This document shows, piece by piece, positions 32,631 to 47,094 of a stretch of 64,000 nt of DNA. Position 1 is the stretch's first letter. The number at the start of each line of letters is the position of its first letter. The position numbers and the translations under genes were made by a program. A model generated the notes under the pieces. The model was not told the DNA's origin, searched no databases, and saw only the letters and a program-made list of their open reading frames with translations. The stretch comes from Entomortierella parvispora E1425 (Eukaryota > Fungi > Mortierellomycota), in assembly GCA_020891255.1 (NCBI GenBank), contig BQFW01000003.1, positions 1,736,001-1,800,000 of the forward strand, read 5' to 3'.

Positions 32631-35600
32631 TTACGCAAACAGCAAGGACAATCCACCGACGACAAGAACCTGCACACCCAGTTGGAACATGACAGTCCAT
32701 GCCATCTGGTACAGCACCTTGGGCGAGAAGACTGTCCAAATGAACAGATGGTGGCGCAACACAATAGCCGCGATCGATAGACAGTACAAACTCGTTGCAG
32801 AGAACACACTGGTCAGGATCAAATGTTCCAGTAGTCGACTGCGTCTCAAAGCGGAGCCTCTTAATCTCCTCGATGACAGCTCTGTTTGAGAAGACACAGC
32901 CAATTCATCGGCCGCGGGTTCAGGCGCCTCCTCGTACACGTAAAATGAGTCCGGGTCCTCTTCCCCTCCATCCTCACCTAATGGTGCGCGTTGATCTTCG
33001 TCACCAGTAACGCTGTCATATTGAAGTCCATCTCCTTGACTTTCAGCTTCCGTTTCTCCGCCCAAGCCATCTGCAGATGTCAAGCCTGTGCCGGCGTCTA
33101 TTGTTGCAAGGCCCTGACTTGCTGCTTGAGTAGCGGTAGCCACCGCTTGACGCCTACGCAAGATCATCCGTTTCGTCCGTTTTGACAGGACCTTCCTTCC
33201 TTCCAACTTTTTCCATCCCTCAACCGACTTCCATTGCTTCTCCTCTTGGACTACCTCATGCCATTTCTGAGCCCCTTCCTCAAACACGTCTTCCAGCGCT
33301 TGATCCCATCGGAGGATAACAGCGGTTCCCGCAATCGTCCACCAAATCGGTGCTGCCCAATTAGACAAGAACGTGAGAAGGCCTGTCAATCCGATATCGT
33401 AGGCTTGGATTCCAACATACGCGTTGGAAATGTCGATCGATGCAATAGAGTTGGAGTTTCCCAGGACAAAGAACGATGTCAAGATCCAGATCAAGATGGT
33501 GCATGAGTGAATCGAGGTCAATCCTGGTACCGATCGAAGCCCTTGTTGAAGCCAAATGGTGTCATCCGCATCCCTGTCCTTGTTGCCCTCATCGACTCTT
33601 CCCTGTTGTTCCGTATCCTTGTTGTCTTTCTCCTCTTCCTCCACAATAATATCAGTTTTCGTGAGTTTCGTAGCGGCAATAGGTTCTTGAGGCACCTCCT
33701 GAGGCGATCTTGACCGGACGAGTCGTGTCCATTCGAGGTATATCCACAATTGAACACCAAAGAGAACGAAAATTGGTGCTTGGTGACGTCTAGACAATAG
33801 CACAAGCAAAAATGTCGCACATCCCAGGAACATGCTCGGCAAAAATAGGGCTTCTGACATGGCTGCATCATTGCCAGCAGCAAGTCCGTGTCTTTCAGGA
33901 CTGCAGGAGCTGAGAGCCTGCAGGGCAAGGGCACTTCCCACAAGGAGTGCCAACGCGGTGTAGCAACCTCGCGCCATCTCGTATCCTGAATAAATGAGAA
34001 TAGCCGAATTCAAAGATCCTTCTGTTTCCTGCATGAGATAGCCAACAGAGGACAGCATGCTCATGGGTCCGTGTACTGAGTTTTGCATCAGAGTCTCGCC
34101 AAAGAATTTCTCCTCTAGATCCATCTTGTACACAGTGATCCAGAGTGAAATCAGAAGGGTGAGGATCGTCGCCAGGCCTTGGAAAACCCTGGTGGCACTG
34201 GCTCTTCCAATGGACTCTTTTGATGGCGTGACAGAGTAGATCCTGCTCACTGTGAATACGCCAATGGCGACCATGGATGCCCAGAACATAACCCACGAGA
34301 CGTCCATATGACTTGAATTCAAGTAATGGCGCAAGTCGATTTGGTCCGCATACTTTTGACCTAGGAGAACAGGCAGTCATGGGGACAAGAGATCAATTAA
34401 AAAATTCCAATTGTTTCCATTCCGATATTATTGGGTCTTACCTGTCTGATTCCAAGCGCGCAAGATTCGAAGAATAGCCATCTGCAACAGGCAGAGTCCT
34501 GACGCCTTCCACTTTTGTAGACTCAGCGTCCCTGCTTCAGACGATCCATCCATGTCCACGTACCGTGCACTGACCCAGGCCAGGACGGCGAACCAGCTCA
34601 TATTGAAAAAGTACCAAAACTGATGTTCCTCCTCCACAAAACTGGACGCAAAGAGCGTGATCATGTACAGGATCACAATCACAATTGACAGGAACCGGAT
34701 AGGCGTCCAATTGACCTCGTTCCTGTTCCTTCTGCGTTTGATTGCGGAAGCCGTTTCTGGGGACAGGAATGCTCCTTTCACGAGGGCAGACATGGATGAG
34801 TTCGAAGAAAAGAGAGAGAGGGTCTGTCTCTTGGATTTCAGCCTGGGTTCCACACATGACTGTTTGAACTCTTCCAAGAGTTTAGTTTGCATGACGCAAA
34901 ATATGAGTCCTGCGACTGCAAAGGCCATCATCATGGATCCGTTCGTCAGCAGTGCCATGTCGTACTTGCTAAGTGCAGTCGAAAGCATCTGGCTGGACTC
35001 GCTCAAAAACTGTAAAGGGCAGAAGGATTCAGATCATCAGTACAATAAATGAAAAATTCTCTAGTAAACTCGCATCTCTTTTTGTCGATTTTTTTTTACC
35101 TCGCTGTAAGCTCGTTCGGCTGCGTGGAATTTGCGTGTCATGTCTGATTGTTTGTAATGTACAAGAGTACTATTGTGTGATCCATGACCGGTCATTTCCA
35201 AATATGAAGCATGCTCAGCAAGAGCAAGCGTATACCAGCAAGCCAGTCTTTGTTTCTCAGGTCCAGAGGAGCATTTCTTGGAGAGTACAGTGTCATCACC
35301 TTCAATCGAGTCCTGGTAATCCCGTAAAAGTTCCATGCTTTCAGTTTCAAAATCAGACCACTTGGCCTTCAAGACGCCAGCGACCTGGTGACCATTGATC
35401 TGCAGTGCACGTAGCTTGTCAGATTCTATGTTTTTTATAAAATTGGATTAGTTGTTATTTTTCGCGATTAGACGAAATATAGGGGGTCCATAGAGGTCGT
35501 CTTACCAGAGTAGGATGAAAAGAGCTCAGGGATTAGTTTTCCTACACTGTTCTTGGGGATGGGAAGGCCCAAAAGCAAAGACAGAGTTGGCACCAAATCC

Positions 35601-37061
35601 ACCTGATTGACGCTCTTGTAGTACTCGTATTCCTCTCGGTTCAAATCACGATATCCTGAGGAGGACTCTCGATAGGGGTCCACCATTCTCTGAATCTCGG
35701 ATTGAACTTCTGGTGAGGATTCAAAATGAGGGCTCATGAACAGAAACGAAGTTGAAATCTCGCTTCGGGACGATCCTCCGTGGTTTCCGACCTATAACGA
35801 CCATCAAAAAAAAAAAAAAAAAAAAAAAAAGAATGGATCATTAGAGCTGCAATTTTCGTTATTGGCCTCAAAGGGTCTGCAAAAGATCGGTCCGTTTCTT
35901 CTACCTCATTCATTCCATGGTCTCCACACAGGACAAAAAGTGTAGGCAATTCGTCCTTATTGTCCTGACGTTCCTTGTCCAATAGCTCGGTGTAAATCGT
36001 TTTTGCGACCTCGTCCATCTCTGCTTGTTTAGGACGCATTAGCAATGACTTTGGGCCACCAGAATGTCCAACATGATCCAAGCCCAGATAATGAAAGATC
36101 AAGCCATCCCATTCGTCCTTTCTGAGCTCCGGCACAACATGTCGAGTTACATTGTTGTCAACCTCGACAGTATCCTGTGAGACGGTAAAGTAAAGGGTCA
36201 GTCGTCTTGCTCAGAAAGTCATAAGGATAACAAAGTCCTCAGTATCCGGCCAATCTCTTTTGTCTTGACACCTTACCATGGCAAAAAATGACGAGGTGCC
36301 ATCGGTCCTGAAAAATAATTCAGGAAACAATTTGATCCAAGTATCGTCTCCAAAGAACCCAATCTTGCGAGTGTCTTTTCCGGAGGCTTTTAAACCGGCG
36401 CTTCGTCGTAGAGTCTGGGCTCGAGTCATTTGCAGGATCCAGTTGTCCTGATTGGCCAAGGTGGAAGATTGATCCGACTCTGCAATGTTGAGAATAGCGT
36501 CCAGAAAACTAGGTACCGTTCCAGTAGTTAACGCCTTGATTCGAGGAAGTGTTACAGTAGGAGCAGAGGCCAAGGCTGTGAATGGGATAGCCTTGTTACT
36601 CTCGATCAGACTAAAAGGAGAGTAGCATGTGAGATCGATGGAAAAAGAGTAGGATTGACAGGAGTGGACTAGTAGACTAGACTGGGTACCTTTGAACAAA
36701 CGTAAAGTCGGATTCGTTGCCATAGAGAAAGTCACTAGAGCAAGAAAGTCAAGAGTCGAATGTTAATACTAAAGTGTCATCGTTTCCTCCTGCATATTCC
36801 TTGGTTGCAGTTGAAAGGTTACCTCCTCAGAGCATCCACGAGCATCAAGACGATCTTGCCAAATCGAGGAGGGATCGTCCCAATATCGGCATCGGCCTGA
36901 GCGACAGGCACAGCAGCTGGGAGAGGGGGAAGATCCTCGAGTGTAGCAAAGGTGGTGGAGATGGTCTTGTAGGGGAAGAACCCCTTTGCAAACATGACCA
37001 GGCCCACGAGCTGGCAAGCCAGTGCAGCCAGCAAGGCGCCGTACAGGGCACCAGGTCTCAT
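32631..37061 (-). CDS. GPI7: GPI ethanolamine phosphate transferase 2 (PIG-G/Gpi7/Las21), multi-exon
   Basis: N-terminus MRPGALYGALLAALACQLVGLVMFAKGFFPYK...FGKIVLMLVDALR; PTVTLPRIKALTTGTVPSFLDAILN; FFGDDTWIKLFP; WDGLIFHYLGLDHVGHSGGP; LFVLCGDHGMNE; QVDLVPTLSLLLGLPIPKNSVG; SSFVEEEHQFWYF; C-terminal FFVLGNSNSIASIDISNAYVG and LRHHLFIWTVFSPKVLY. Confidence 0.95.
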
Positions 37062-37447
37062 TGGCGCGTGTTGTGTGAGTATATGTTAGTGGAGTTGCGT
37101 TGGTCTCTCCCGTCTCCAGTCCGGTCTAGTCGAGAGATGGCAGGGTCAGGATGCAGGGTGCGAGTGAGATGCAATGCAGAGAGTGGATGGGATGGGATGA
37201 TGCAAGAGAGGATCGCGTCCGTTGTCTCTTTTGTTTCTGTGCCAGACGTGCCAGACGACAAGGGGAGGAAGAAAAGGACCAGAGAAAGAAGGAAAGAAAG
37301 AAAGAAAGACAGCAAAGCCACCAACGGCTTTGCATGCATGCATCTCTCTCTCTCTCGATTGGTCCATCTCGGTCGTTGCTCGTCCTTCCTCTTCTCCCTC
37401 TTCTTCATTCTCCCCTTCCCTCTCCCGGACACAGATTCATCGCTACA

Positions 37448-39843
37448 ATGGACCAAGTACGGACAGCCCTATCTCTATCTCTCTATCGCTCTCTCCTCTA
37501 TCCTTGCTGTCATGGGCTGTGTTTCGTCCATCTCTCGTTCATGGATGTTTTTCACTGACCCCTGATGGATGGGTCCCATGCTTCTTAGGATCTCTATGAC
37601 GACGAGGACCTGGAACTCGACTTTGACATCAACTACACAGGCCCCACTACCGCTGCAACCGCAACTACTGCTGAAACTGCAGCCGCGAACAATGATGCCA
37701 ATCGGGACTCGATGCTAGAACTGGAGAGGTAATCCATTGTTTGTCCTGTTTCTTGAATGACCTTGATGCAATCACATGCCTGACTAGTTCTATCTCTATT
37801 TCTCCGAGTAGAGAGCTGGCGGATCAGACCAAGGATATCACCCAGCGCTTTGAGAGTGAGCGTCGCCCTCAGCCTGCAGGACTGGATCAGGCGCTCGGCT
37901 TTGGTAACTCACATCGGTCTCAGCAGGTACCTTCCACAGCACCCAAGTACGCTGCTCGTGGAGGTGGCTTTGTTACGGGTAAGGCGCAGGAAGTTAGGCC
38001 ATTGGGAGCGTTCAGAAAGAGAATTGCTGTTATAATCTCTCCTCTCTCCTATGGGTTGCAAGGGAAAGAAGCAGGACAAGCTGATCTAACGAACGCCACC
38101 GTTGTTAGGTTTTGACCCCTTGTCCAAGGAGGAAATCGCTAAAAAGGCAAATCGCGCCCAGCGCTTCGGAGCTTCCGCCCCCGTTGCCCCCGCTACAACT
38201 GATGCCAATATGGATGACCAAGAATCAGGAATGGATGTCGGTAAGAATCAGGCGATCACTGTTGTACATGGAGACCAGGACGATAGGTTCCTAAGCTGAG
38301 CTATGTTTTATTTTCCTCATTTTCTTTGCATGCAGATGACGCCAATTGGAGTCGTCCACAAAACCTGCCCTTGACCCCTCCTAGGACTTCGACAATCAGA
38401 CCGGAAGCCGTGCACGTTTATGGAACTGACGCCATGTCGACCAAGGATGTTCTCCAGTATTTTGAAGTCTATGGACCCAGTCATGTTGAGTGGATTGACG
38501 ACTCTTCCTGTAATGTCGTCTTCAAGGACAACTTTTCAGCCAAGCGAGCCCTTTATTATCAACTAGTTGACTCGAATGTGACTTTTGGCGAGGATGGCGA
38601 AGAAGAATCTACTGTGGCAGAGCCCAGTCGCGACAATACTACCGTGTCTGCTGATGGAACTGTGGTACCTGATGTGGTCTTGGTTCCAAAGTCCAAAAAT
38701 CGACTCCAACGCGCCAAAGAGTACATCCCTGTGCAGAAGCAGCATCAGCCTATCATTCAAAACAATAATGGATTGTTTTTGCGCTATGCGACCGATATCG
38801 ATGTCAAGGAGCGTGGTGCTGCTGCCAAGAGTCAATACTACGCAATCCATGGACGCGAGGACTCTTCATTGGTGGGCAGATCTGGACATCGCGGAAGCAA
38901 TGGTCAACAACATGACTACGGTCGTCGAAGCAGAGCCGATGATGACGAGATTTGGAACAGAGGCAGGGGTATCACCACAATGAGTCGCCTGCAGCGCAAA
39001 ATGGAGAGAGGATCTCAATCACCCTCACCCTCTCCCCCACGAGGTCGCCAGGGTCGATCATGGTCCAGAAACAGGCGCATTGCTGGTTCACACTCGAGAT
39101 CATCCTCGTCCAGCTCGAGAAGGGATAGCGGATCACGCTCTCCTGGACATGCTGCTCGTCGCGATCATGGATCTCGGTCACCAGATGCTAGAGGTCGCCT
39201 CCGCGCTGATGATTATGAGTAATATCCTGGATATTGGTTTAATTTCTTGTTTTTCGGAGAGGTTTTATATACTTGTTTACTAACAGGTTGCCATTATGGC
39301 TTGTTCTTAAATAGGAAGCGTGGTCGTCGTGATGTCTTTTCGCGTCTAGGTGGTCCAGTTAATGAAGATGACAGTACGCCCATGACCTCGCGGATGAACA
39401 GTTTAGCGTCAGACTTCATGCAGGAGCTCGAGTCAACTTTTTCCAAGAGAGAAAAGGCTATCCCAAAAACCCGAACCTTGTACAGTGACTTTTACGAGAA
39501 GGAGATTGTGAGCGAAGCCGCTCCTTCCACCCGGTACCGGGACGATAATGGAAGGGGCCGTGATGGTGGCGGTCGTCGTCGCCGCCGGGAAGACCGTGAT
39601 TCTGATGGGCGAGGATCTCCTGCATTGTTTGCTGGCGCTTCAGGAAACGAGAGGAGTAGCAGAGAGGAGGATATTAATCGACGACTTGGATCTTCACCTT
39701 CATTATCATCAGAAAACTACCGCGAAGGCAGTGGTAATCGGAGACGTCGAGATAGAGGCGATCGCGCCGAGGCATTGCGCGCTTTGGACGCTCGTTTGGG
39801 ATTGCCCAACGTGGATGAGTTTGGAAGAGAGGTGAGGGATTAA
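37448..39843 (+). CDS. Nuclear cap-binding protein subunit 3-like (NCBP3/DUF2414-type RRM-like) with an RS/RD-rich tail
   Basis: 9-nt first coding exon (MDQ|DLYDDEDLELDFD); KKANRAQRFG; RPEAVHVYGTDAMSTKDVLQYFEVYGPSHVEWIDDSSCNVVFKDNFSAKRAL; FLRYATDIDVKERGAAAKSQYYAIHG; in-phase last exon (DDYE|KRGRRDVFSRLG). Divergent from GPI7, about 390 bp apart. Confidence 0.8.
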
Positions 39844-40789
39844 AGATACAATAGCGAGAGGCAGCTCTGCATGGACGTTACTCAATAATATTTATTTGTG
39901 GATGTAAAAACCAATGGATCCAACAATGTCAATTCCATGGCGCTATTTGAACCTTGCCGTCTTGAGGTCATCGATAGAGACCGAGGAATTGAGCCTCCAA
40001 AGCGACCTTAATCAAAGGCTGCCAGCTGCAAGTCCTTGACTCGAAAATCATAACAGCCTTGTACCGCACTAGCGGAAAAGATGGAGTAAAGTATCAGAGA
40101 GTGCAGCAGGAGGTGAGGTGACAGCGGCGAGGAGAATGAAAGGGGCGTCTTTTCAATTCCAAATCAGAGGTCTGACTTTTTGTGCAACCGTGGCTCTTTG
40201 GCGAGATGATCTATGTTGTTGGGCCTGCCTTCCAGGAAGTCCCTGATCGCCTCAGCAGAAAGGGCTCCTTCTGGCCACAATAAGAACTAGTCCAGCTTTC
40301 GAGACGATGTTTTGCGCGACAGCTTTCCTTTATTTGCACACAAATAAAGAGTTTTGCCACAAGGAAGAAGGAGAGTCGATGCTGCAGTGGCGTGAAGACG
40401 AGTCCATGATTATGATTCGTCCATGGAAGAGCCAAGTAGAGCCTAAAAGACAAGAGCAAACGGGTATTTCTTCCTTGGGCATGCATGGGCGAGCGGGCGA
40501 GTGCACCTCTGCAAGGAACGAGGGGTGAATGCACGATTGCAATTCATCCAGAGGTTGGGACCACGGTCACACGAACCATTGTCGTTTGAGCACTCTGGAC
40601 ATAAGGTGGGTGAGCCTTCTCAATCAATCACACACATCAAGGCCTTTTGCTCTTGGGTACTCCGAAGTATGTTCTGCATTTTTTCCCTTTTTTCCTTTTC
40701 TTTCCTCTTCTTTCTTCCTTTTTCCCTTTCTTTTCTCTTCATCTCTCTCCCTTTCGCCCAATTTTCCTTACCTACTTCTCTCGTCCTCC

Positions 40790-42853
40790 ATGGAAGACAA
40801 TTTACCCAAGACAAACGTACCCTCAAGCAATAACAAGAGCCCGAATGTTCTGATTGCAGGTGCTGGCATGGGCGGCCTTGTGCTTGCCCTCCTTCTGGAA
40901 CATGCTGGGATCCCGTACGAGATTTATGAACGATCGGCCGAAGTGAGGCCTCTCGGTAAAAAAGCATAAGCTTATGTCGCCAGCTGTTTGCTTGTAGACT
41001 TTTATAGAGAGGACACAGACCAACCCTGACTCGTTTCGCTCTCTTTCAACTTTTCCCAAGGCTCTATCATCTCTCTCAGTGCAAACATCCAACCGGTTTT
41101 TGAACAAATGGGCCTTTACGATGAGCTGCTGGTCACCTGCATTCCTGCTAGTACATTCGAGATTGTCAACGCAAATCTCAAGCGTATCGCTTTGTTTGGG
41201 GCAGACGATGTCGAAAAGTATGAAGAGGCGTCTCCTTGTGTCGGCGCTTAGTCCCAGGATAATGTACGATGGCTTCTAACAGCAATTTCGTCTCTTGTTC
41301 AATAGGACAGTTGGTTACCGTCGCCTAAACTTTTCTCGTCCAAGACTGCACAACTTTTTGCTGTCCAAGGTCCCCGCGCACAAAGTCCATTTTAACAAAA
41401 AAGTCGTCAACATGATCCAGGTAGAGTTTGGAAGGCAGAGATACTATCAATATTCTGTTTGCGGTAATGAAAAGGTCTCTCTGACAATGGTCTTGCGTAT
41501 GCTCGTTAGGATAAAGACGGCGTTACGATTCGATGTGCAGATGGTACTACGTACCGTGGAGATGTGTTAGTGGGAGCGGATGGTGCCCACAGTGCTATCA
41601 GACAGTCCATGTTTCGTCAGATGATGGATCAGAACATTCTTCCACCCGATGACGCTCTCGATCTGAACAAAGGCTATGCGTCGTTGGTGGGTACAACTGG
41701 CCCTCTAGACCCAGAAAAGTTCCCTATCGTCACCGTGAAAGATTCTGGCGGGGTGTTGATTATTGGCGATGACAGCAGCTATGTGGTAAGGTGTTGTTGG
41801 TTGTCTTAACATATTCTGCTTGCGACTTCCTCGGATGGATCTCTTAATTTCATTGTTCTTGATGATTTTACTAGTGGGGTCTCTTTGCAATTGGCGACAG
41901 CAGGATTGCATGGAATGTCATCGCGCAGATTGCGACCAAGGAGAAACTTGAGGATATGAAGTTCCGCAACACTGAATGGGCCCCTGACACACACCCAGAG
42001 ATGATTGCCGAGGTGAGGGATTTCGTCGTGCCAGCTGCCTATGGAAATACCTTGGGAGCCTTAATCGATGGAACTCCTTCCGAGTGCATCTCGCGCGTGT
42101 TCCTTGAAGGTGAGCATCTTGTTCTACTTTTCTCTCAACCCGTCCTTCCTACACTCCCTCGTGTTCCTTCTACTTCACCCACAGACTGACGATTCCCCCT
42201 TTTGCCCTTGTAGACAAGCTGTACGAGACCGTGTTCCATAATAGAACGGTCCTCATTGGCGATGGTAAGGACTGAAGCCAGTGTGTATTAACAGCAGTGT
42301 GGACAATGACCTTCTTCTACTCATACGTGTTTTTTTTTATCGTGGAAATTGTTCAGCCGCTCATAAGCTGCTGCCCAGTTCGGGCCAAGGTGCGGTCAAC
42401 GCAATGGAGGATGCCGTTATTCTTGCCAATTGCCTATATGATATTGGCACAACCTCACCTGAGGACATCAAGGCGGCGTTGCTATCCTACAAAGACCAAC
42501 GCCTCCCTCATGTCACTGAACAATACCAGGGCAGCAAAACCAGTGCCAAGTTTCTTTACGGACAAGTAAGTCACCTGCTAAAATGGAGGTAGCACCGTAT
42601 TATTCTCATACTAACGGGACTGATCTTTTCGCTCTGGTAGACATTTATCGAGAGAATTATTCGGTACGGAGTCTTCAACTGGATCCCCAAGTCTAAAATG
42701 AACGAGATGGTGCAAAAGGATGCAGCGTATAGACCTCAGGCAACCTTCTTGCCCCTTGCTCCCAAGCGTGGCCTGGGACCAGTGGAACCACAGTTCCCCA
42801 ACAAACGGTATGAAGCTGAACAAAAGGCCAAGAAAGCCGCGGTCTCTGTATAA
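40790..42853 (+). CDS. FAD-dependent monooxygenase (FAD_binding_3, group A flavoprotein), copy A
   Basis: NVLIAGAGMGGL (GxGxxG), LVGADGAHSAIR (DG motif), RTVLIGD|AAHKLLPSSGQGAVNAMEDA (GD motif), YRPQATFLP. About 8 exons. Confidence 0.92.
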
Positions 42854-42969
42854 GTTTATTATTGTTTGTTGCTTGAAAATAAACAAGCTGTTTATCAGTC
42901 CGCCAGCCAGTAGAAGCAGAGTGCTCTTGCATGCAGGCACTCTGGAAGAACGCTTGATCACACATCACC

Positions 42970-43092
42970 ATATAGATCTGAGCAACTTGGCTCTGCCTTG
43001 CGAGCCCTTGCCTGTGTGATCCTTCACCCATCCCATTCCCGACCATCCACAATGGAGGGCAACTGGGAAACTCAGAAACTGACCACCAATTA
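42970..43092 (+). pseudogene. Possible relic 5'UTR and start of a fifth monooxygenase copy
   Basis: CTTCACCCATCCCATTCCCGACCATCCACAATGGAG resembles the leader of copy D (TTTCACATCCCATTCCGCTCATTCCCTCTATGGAC). The frame closes after MEGNWETQKLTTN. Confidence 0.25.
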
Positions 43093-44841
43093 ACTTAATA
43101 TTCGAGAAAAACTTGCAGCAAGTCTATGAGTACCACCCGCCTTTCCTACGTCTCCTGAATGCTGATCTGTGTACCTATGATGCTTGGACTCACAGCAGCC
43201 ATGCCATTCCCAGTTCCACTATGTTAGACTTCGATCAAAGGCAACGGGTGCAATAAGTCCATCTCTTTCTCTTCTTACTTTCGCTTCCCCGTCTCCGTAG
43301 CTCCTTGATAACGCACCTGCACTTCAGCCTCCTGATACAAACACATCCACAACGCCTAACCCATGAACAGAAACACAGCATCGTCTTATGATCCCCCTAG
43401 TGTAATTCTTGTCAAAGAAGACACAGCTTTCATAGCAGAGTATATCGGACAAGTTACGATGGGGGGGGGGGGTCATTTTCTACCAATAGTCGCGGGTATT
43501 TGCAACCCACTGGTCGTTTTCCGATGTCAATAGCATCACGATGATGGAGCCAAGGCGGCCATTTCATTCAGGCCACACACCAGAAAAGTGGTAATCTATT
43601 CTGGAAACTGATTCACTCGGAATGGGCATCCGGGACCAAAAATCCCGTCTTCTTTGCCCTTGAGGAATGCTCCGCACAGGAGCATCCAATAAGCGTGCTT
43701 ATGAAGTCATGATGCGCATCTCGACAATCGATATCCTATGTACTGGACACTGACTGAGTCCAAACTGCCATAATGATGCGGCTATGGATGTCTAACTCCA
43801 AACCTATTAACTCGCCGCAGCAATTGAATTCGGAACGGAACGCCTCCTACACCATGTTCTGGAGGCAGGGTTCCCCGACATTGAAGGTCTGCCAGAGAAA
43901 GTGGCATACTTGCCGGGAACCTGGATCGGCGAGAGCACTGGCTTGCGTCCGGTCATCACTGTCAATAGGAAAGATCGGGCTCAGATCACGCTGATGATGA
44001 GGATCTGCTAAGACCTCGGCCCTCAGTAGCGTTCTGTGCATCTGCTCAGCCCCTGCCAGCCTTGGCCTCAACAATCTGCGAATTTTCCTTCACAATTTTT
44101 ACTGCCAGCAGTCCGCCTGGTCCTTGAAGGAAAAAGACAACCTAATATTGCCAGGCTAGCAACAAAGGTGCCATTACAAAATTGAAAGTTGAGGATTTGA
44201 CAAGTTTTGCTGGACAACAATGTGCTTGTTTCCAAAGATTTGATTACAGGTGCAGATCCAGTGCTGCTGTTTCCAGTTACTGATATGATTATGAAGATCT
44301 CGGAAGAAGAAGCCAAGGTTCATGCGCTAAGAAGGTTGCTAGATCCGAGGAAGATGTCTGAGGTCTAGAGTAGCTTAAAAGGCACAAGGGGACCAAGGAT
44401 ATTCTACATCTCGGTGTGCTTTGCTTGATGACCGAAGTGTCGGCTGACAGGATGGCCAGCGATACTTTACTCTGCGTGGTCGCACAACAGCAATCACTCA
44501 TCGTGTGGCACCATGTGTCGGCAGTTGTGTGCCCACAAAGGTGTTTGTTACCACGAGCGTGGTGTTGCACGAGAGCCGAGTGAGCAATCTGCTGCATGTT
44601 GCAACCTGCAAGGCAGTGGTTAACGATGCTCTCCCTTCTCTCTTTCTCGATAGTCGCGGCGTGATATTCTGCCCTCCGATTCTCATCCCCCCCTCCATCC
44701 TGCCCGCCTTATCCCCTGTGGTTGCCTAGTTCTCGCTGCCTTTTCTCTTTCTTCTCTTTTCTTTCTCTTCCATCCCGCTCCATCACCCACCCGCCATTCG
44801 AATCTTGTCAAGTTTCTCATTCCTACATTCATTCATTCGCC

Positions 44842-47094
44842 ATGGAAGACGACATCCCCCAAAAGTATCCCTCGCAGCTTCCTCCCCCTTGTGATGGCAA
44901 GAACCCTAACGTTATGATCGTCGGTGCGGGTCTATCAGGCCTACTGCTCGCCATTCTTCTTGGCCGGGCAGCTATCCCATACGAGATCTATGAACGAACA
45001 TCTACAGTTAAGCCTCTTGGTAAGTAAATAACATAGTTCCGCTGCCTATGCCTAGAGACTAAATCAACAGAGACAATTTTTGTTCGCGTTTCCGTACCTG
45101 AATGAACTCTCTCAATTCGCAGGTTCTATCATCTCTCTCAGCGCCAACATCTTTCAGGTGTTTAAGCAGTTGGGCATGTATAAGGAACTCGAGGCCATCA
45201 GTTTGCCAGGAAACAATTTCGAGATCCTGGACGAGAAGCTGAAACGCATGGGGTTCTTCCAGATGTCTGGCGAGGGAAAGTGAGTTCTCTGCTCGAAAAA
45301 TTGGGTTGATCGCAATGGTTCAAAATAACGCAAACAAACAAACAAACAAACAACAACAGAACCGTTAACGCAATTGCTTTTTTTTCAGTCGCTCGTTCTC
45401 TCGTCCTCGGCTCTATGACCTGTTGCTGTCTAAGGTTCCGGCGAACAAGATCCATTTCAACAAGAAGGTCCTCAATTTGATGCAGGCAAGTGACCGAGTC
45501 GCCAGTGACCAGGATTCGGGGTAGGATGCATCTATGCCTTCGCTGTCCATTCCTCTAATACTTACCAAACATGCAATAGAATAAGGACGGCGTGATGATT
45601 CGCTGCGCTGATGGAACAACCTACCACGGAGAAATCCTAGTAGCAGCCGACGGCGCGTATAGTGCTGTTAGACAATCCCTCTTTCGTCAACTGATGGACA
45701 AGAAAGTTCTACCGGCCTCCGATGCGCTCGATCTGAACAAGGGCTACACTTGTATGGTCGGCACCACATCGCCGTTGAGCCCAGAGAAGTTTTCTGCAAT
45801 CACCAGGAGTGACTCGGGTGGCATGCTCGTTATTGGTGAAAAATCCAGTTACTGTGTAAGTTGATGTTGGTCGACATGTCACTACTCTTTCTAACTCTTG
45901 ACGTTGTTTGCCCATCACAAGCAAGGTACACGCTTCCATTTATTGACAAGACGGGTTGTTTTTTGTTGTTGTCCTAGTGGGGTCTCTTCTCAGTCGGTGA
46001 CAATCGTATATCCTGGGACGTAGTGTCCCAGATTGCTACTCGGGCTACGCTCGAGGATATGAAGTTCCGTAACTCTGAGTGGGGTCCAGAAAGTCATCCA
46101 GAGTTGATCAATGAAATCAGGAGTTTCAAGACACCACCATCCTACGGCGACACATTGGGTGCTTTGATTGACGCGACTCCCAAAGAAGGGATTTCACGCG
46201 TCTTTCTTGAGGGTGAGTTTCTCTTTTTTTCTACTTGTTCGACTTTTCTTTCGCCCGTTCTTTCCACACTTCTTCTTCGCGTTTCTTCTTCTATACCCAC
46301 TTATACTGACGATCCCCTCCTCTACCCTAAGACAAACTTTTTCAGACTTGGCATTTCGGTCGTACGGTTCTTATTGGCGACGGTAAGATTCTTGTGCTTA
46401 CCTGGAGTGGATGAGCCCGCAACAATATGAAGGTCGTTTCCTAATCGAGAATTGATGTCTACTTTTCTGCATTGTTCAGCTGCTCATAAGCTGCTGCCCA
46501 GTTCTGGCCAAGGTGCAGTCAACGCAATGGAGGATGCCGTTATTCTTGCCAATTGCCTCTACGATATTGGCACAACCTCACCCGAGGATATAAATGCTGC
46601 ACTAAAGTCGTTCCAAGATCAGCGTTATCCCCACGTTGTTGAGCAGTACAAGGCCAGCAAGGTAGGGTATCTTGGTAGACGAAATGCAAATGGTAATAGC
46701 AGCTGTGACACTAACTATAACATTCCCACCTTGCGAATAATAGACCAGCGCAAAATTCCTTTACGGTCATGTAGGTGTCAGGCGAACTTGAGAGAGTGGT
46801 ACTCATGATCTGCCGGCTCTGTCGCTAGCGTTCTAACGTATTCACTCTGTTGGCAAACATTGATCATAGACATTCCTGGAGAAGATGATCAGATACGGCG
46901 TTTTTAACTTGGTGCCCAAGTCAAAGCGGAATGAAATGATGCAGAAGGATGCTGCGTATCGACCTCAGGCCACATTTTTGCCGCTTGCACCGAGCACCTG
47001 CTTCGTCGAGCCCCAGTTTCCTAACAAGCGCTACGAAGCAGAACAGAAGGCCAAGCAGGCAGCAGAGCTCTCGGCCACCGCCATTGCCGTGTGA
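44842..47094 (+). CDS. FAD-dependent monooxygenase, copy B
   Basis: NVMIVGAGLSGLL, LVAADGAYSAVR, RTVLIGD|AAHKLLPSSGQGAVNAMEDA, YRPQATFLP. Contains a GC-AG intron (ATGCAG|GCAAGT at about 45486). Confidence 0.92.

Noticed and set aside
45350-45390. Alternative upstream acceptor in FMO copy B (AACAACAG|AACCGTT), resembling the K-T-V exon start of copy A
   Set aside because: With the 8-T run it is out of frame with FSRPRL. The downstream TTTTCAG acceptor gives the same junction as copy D.
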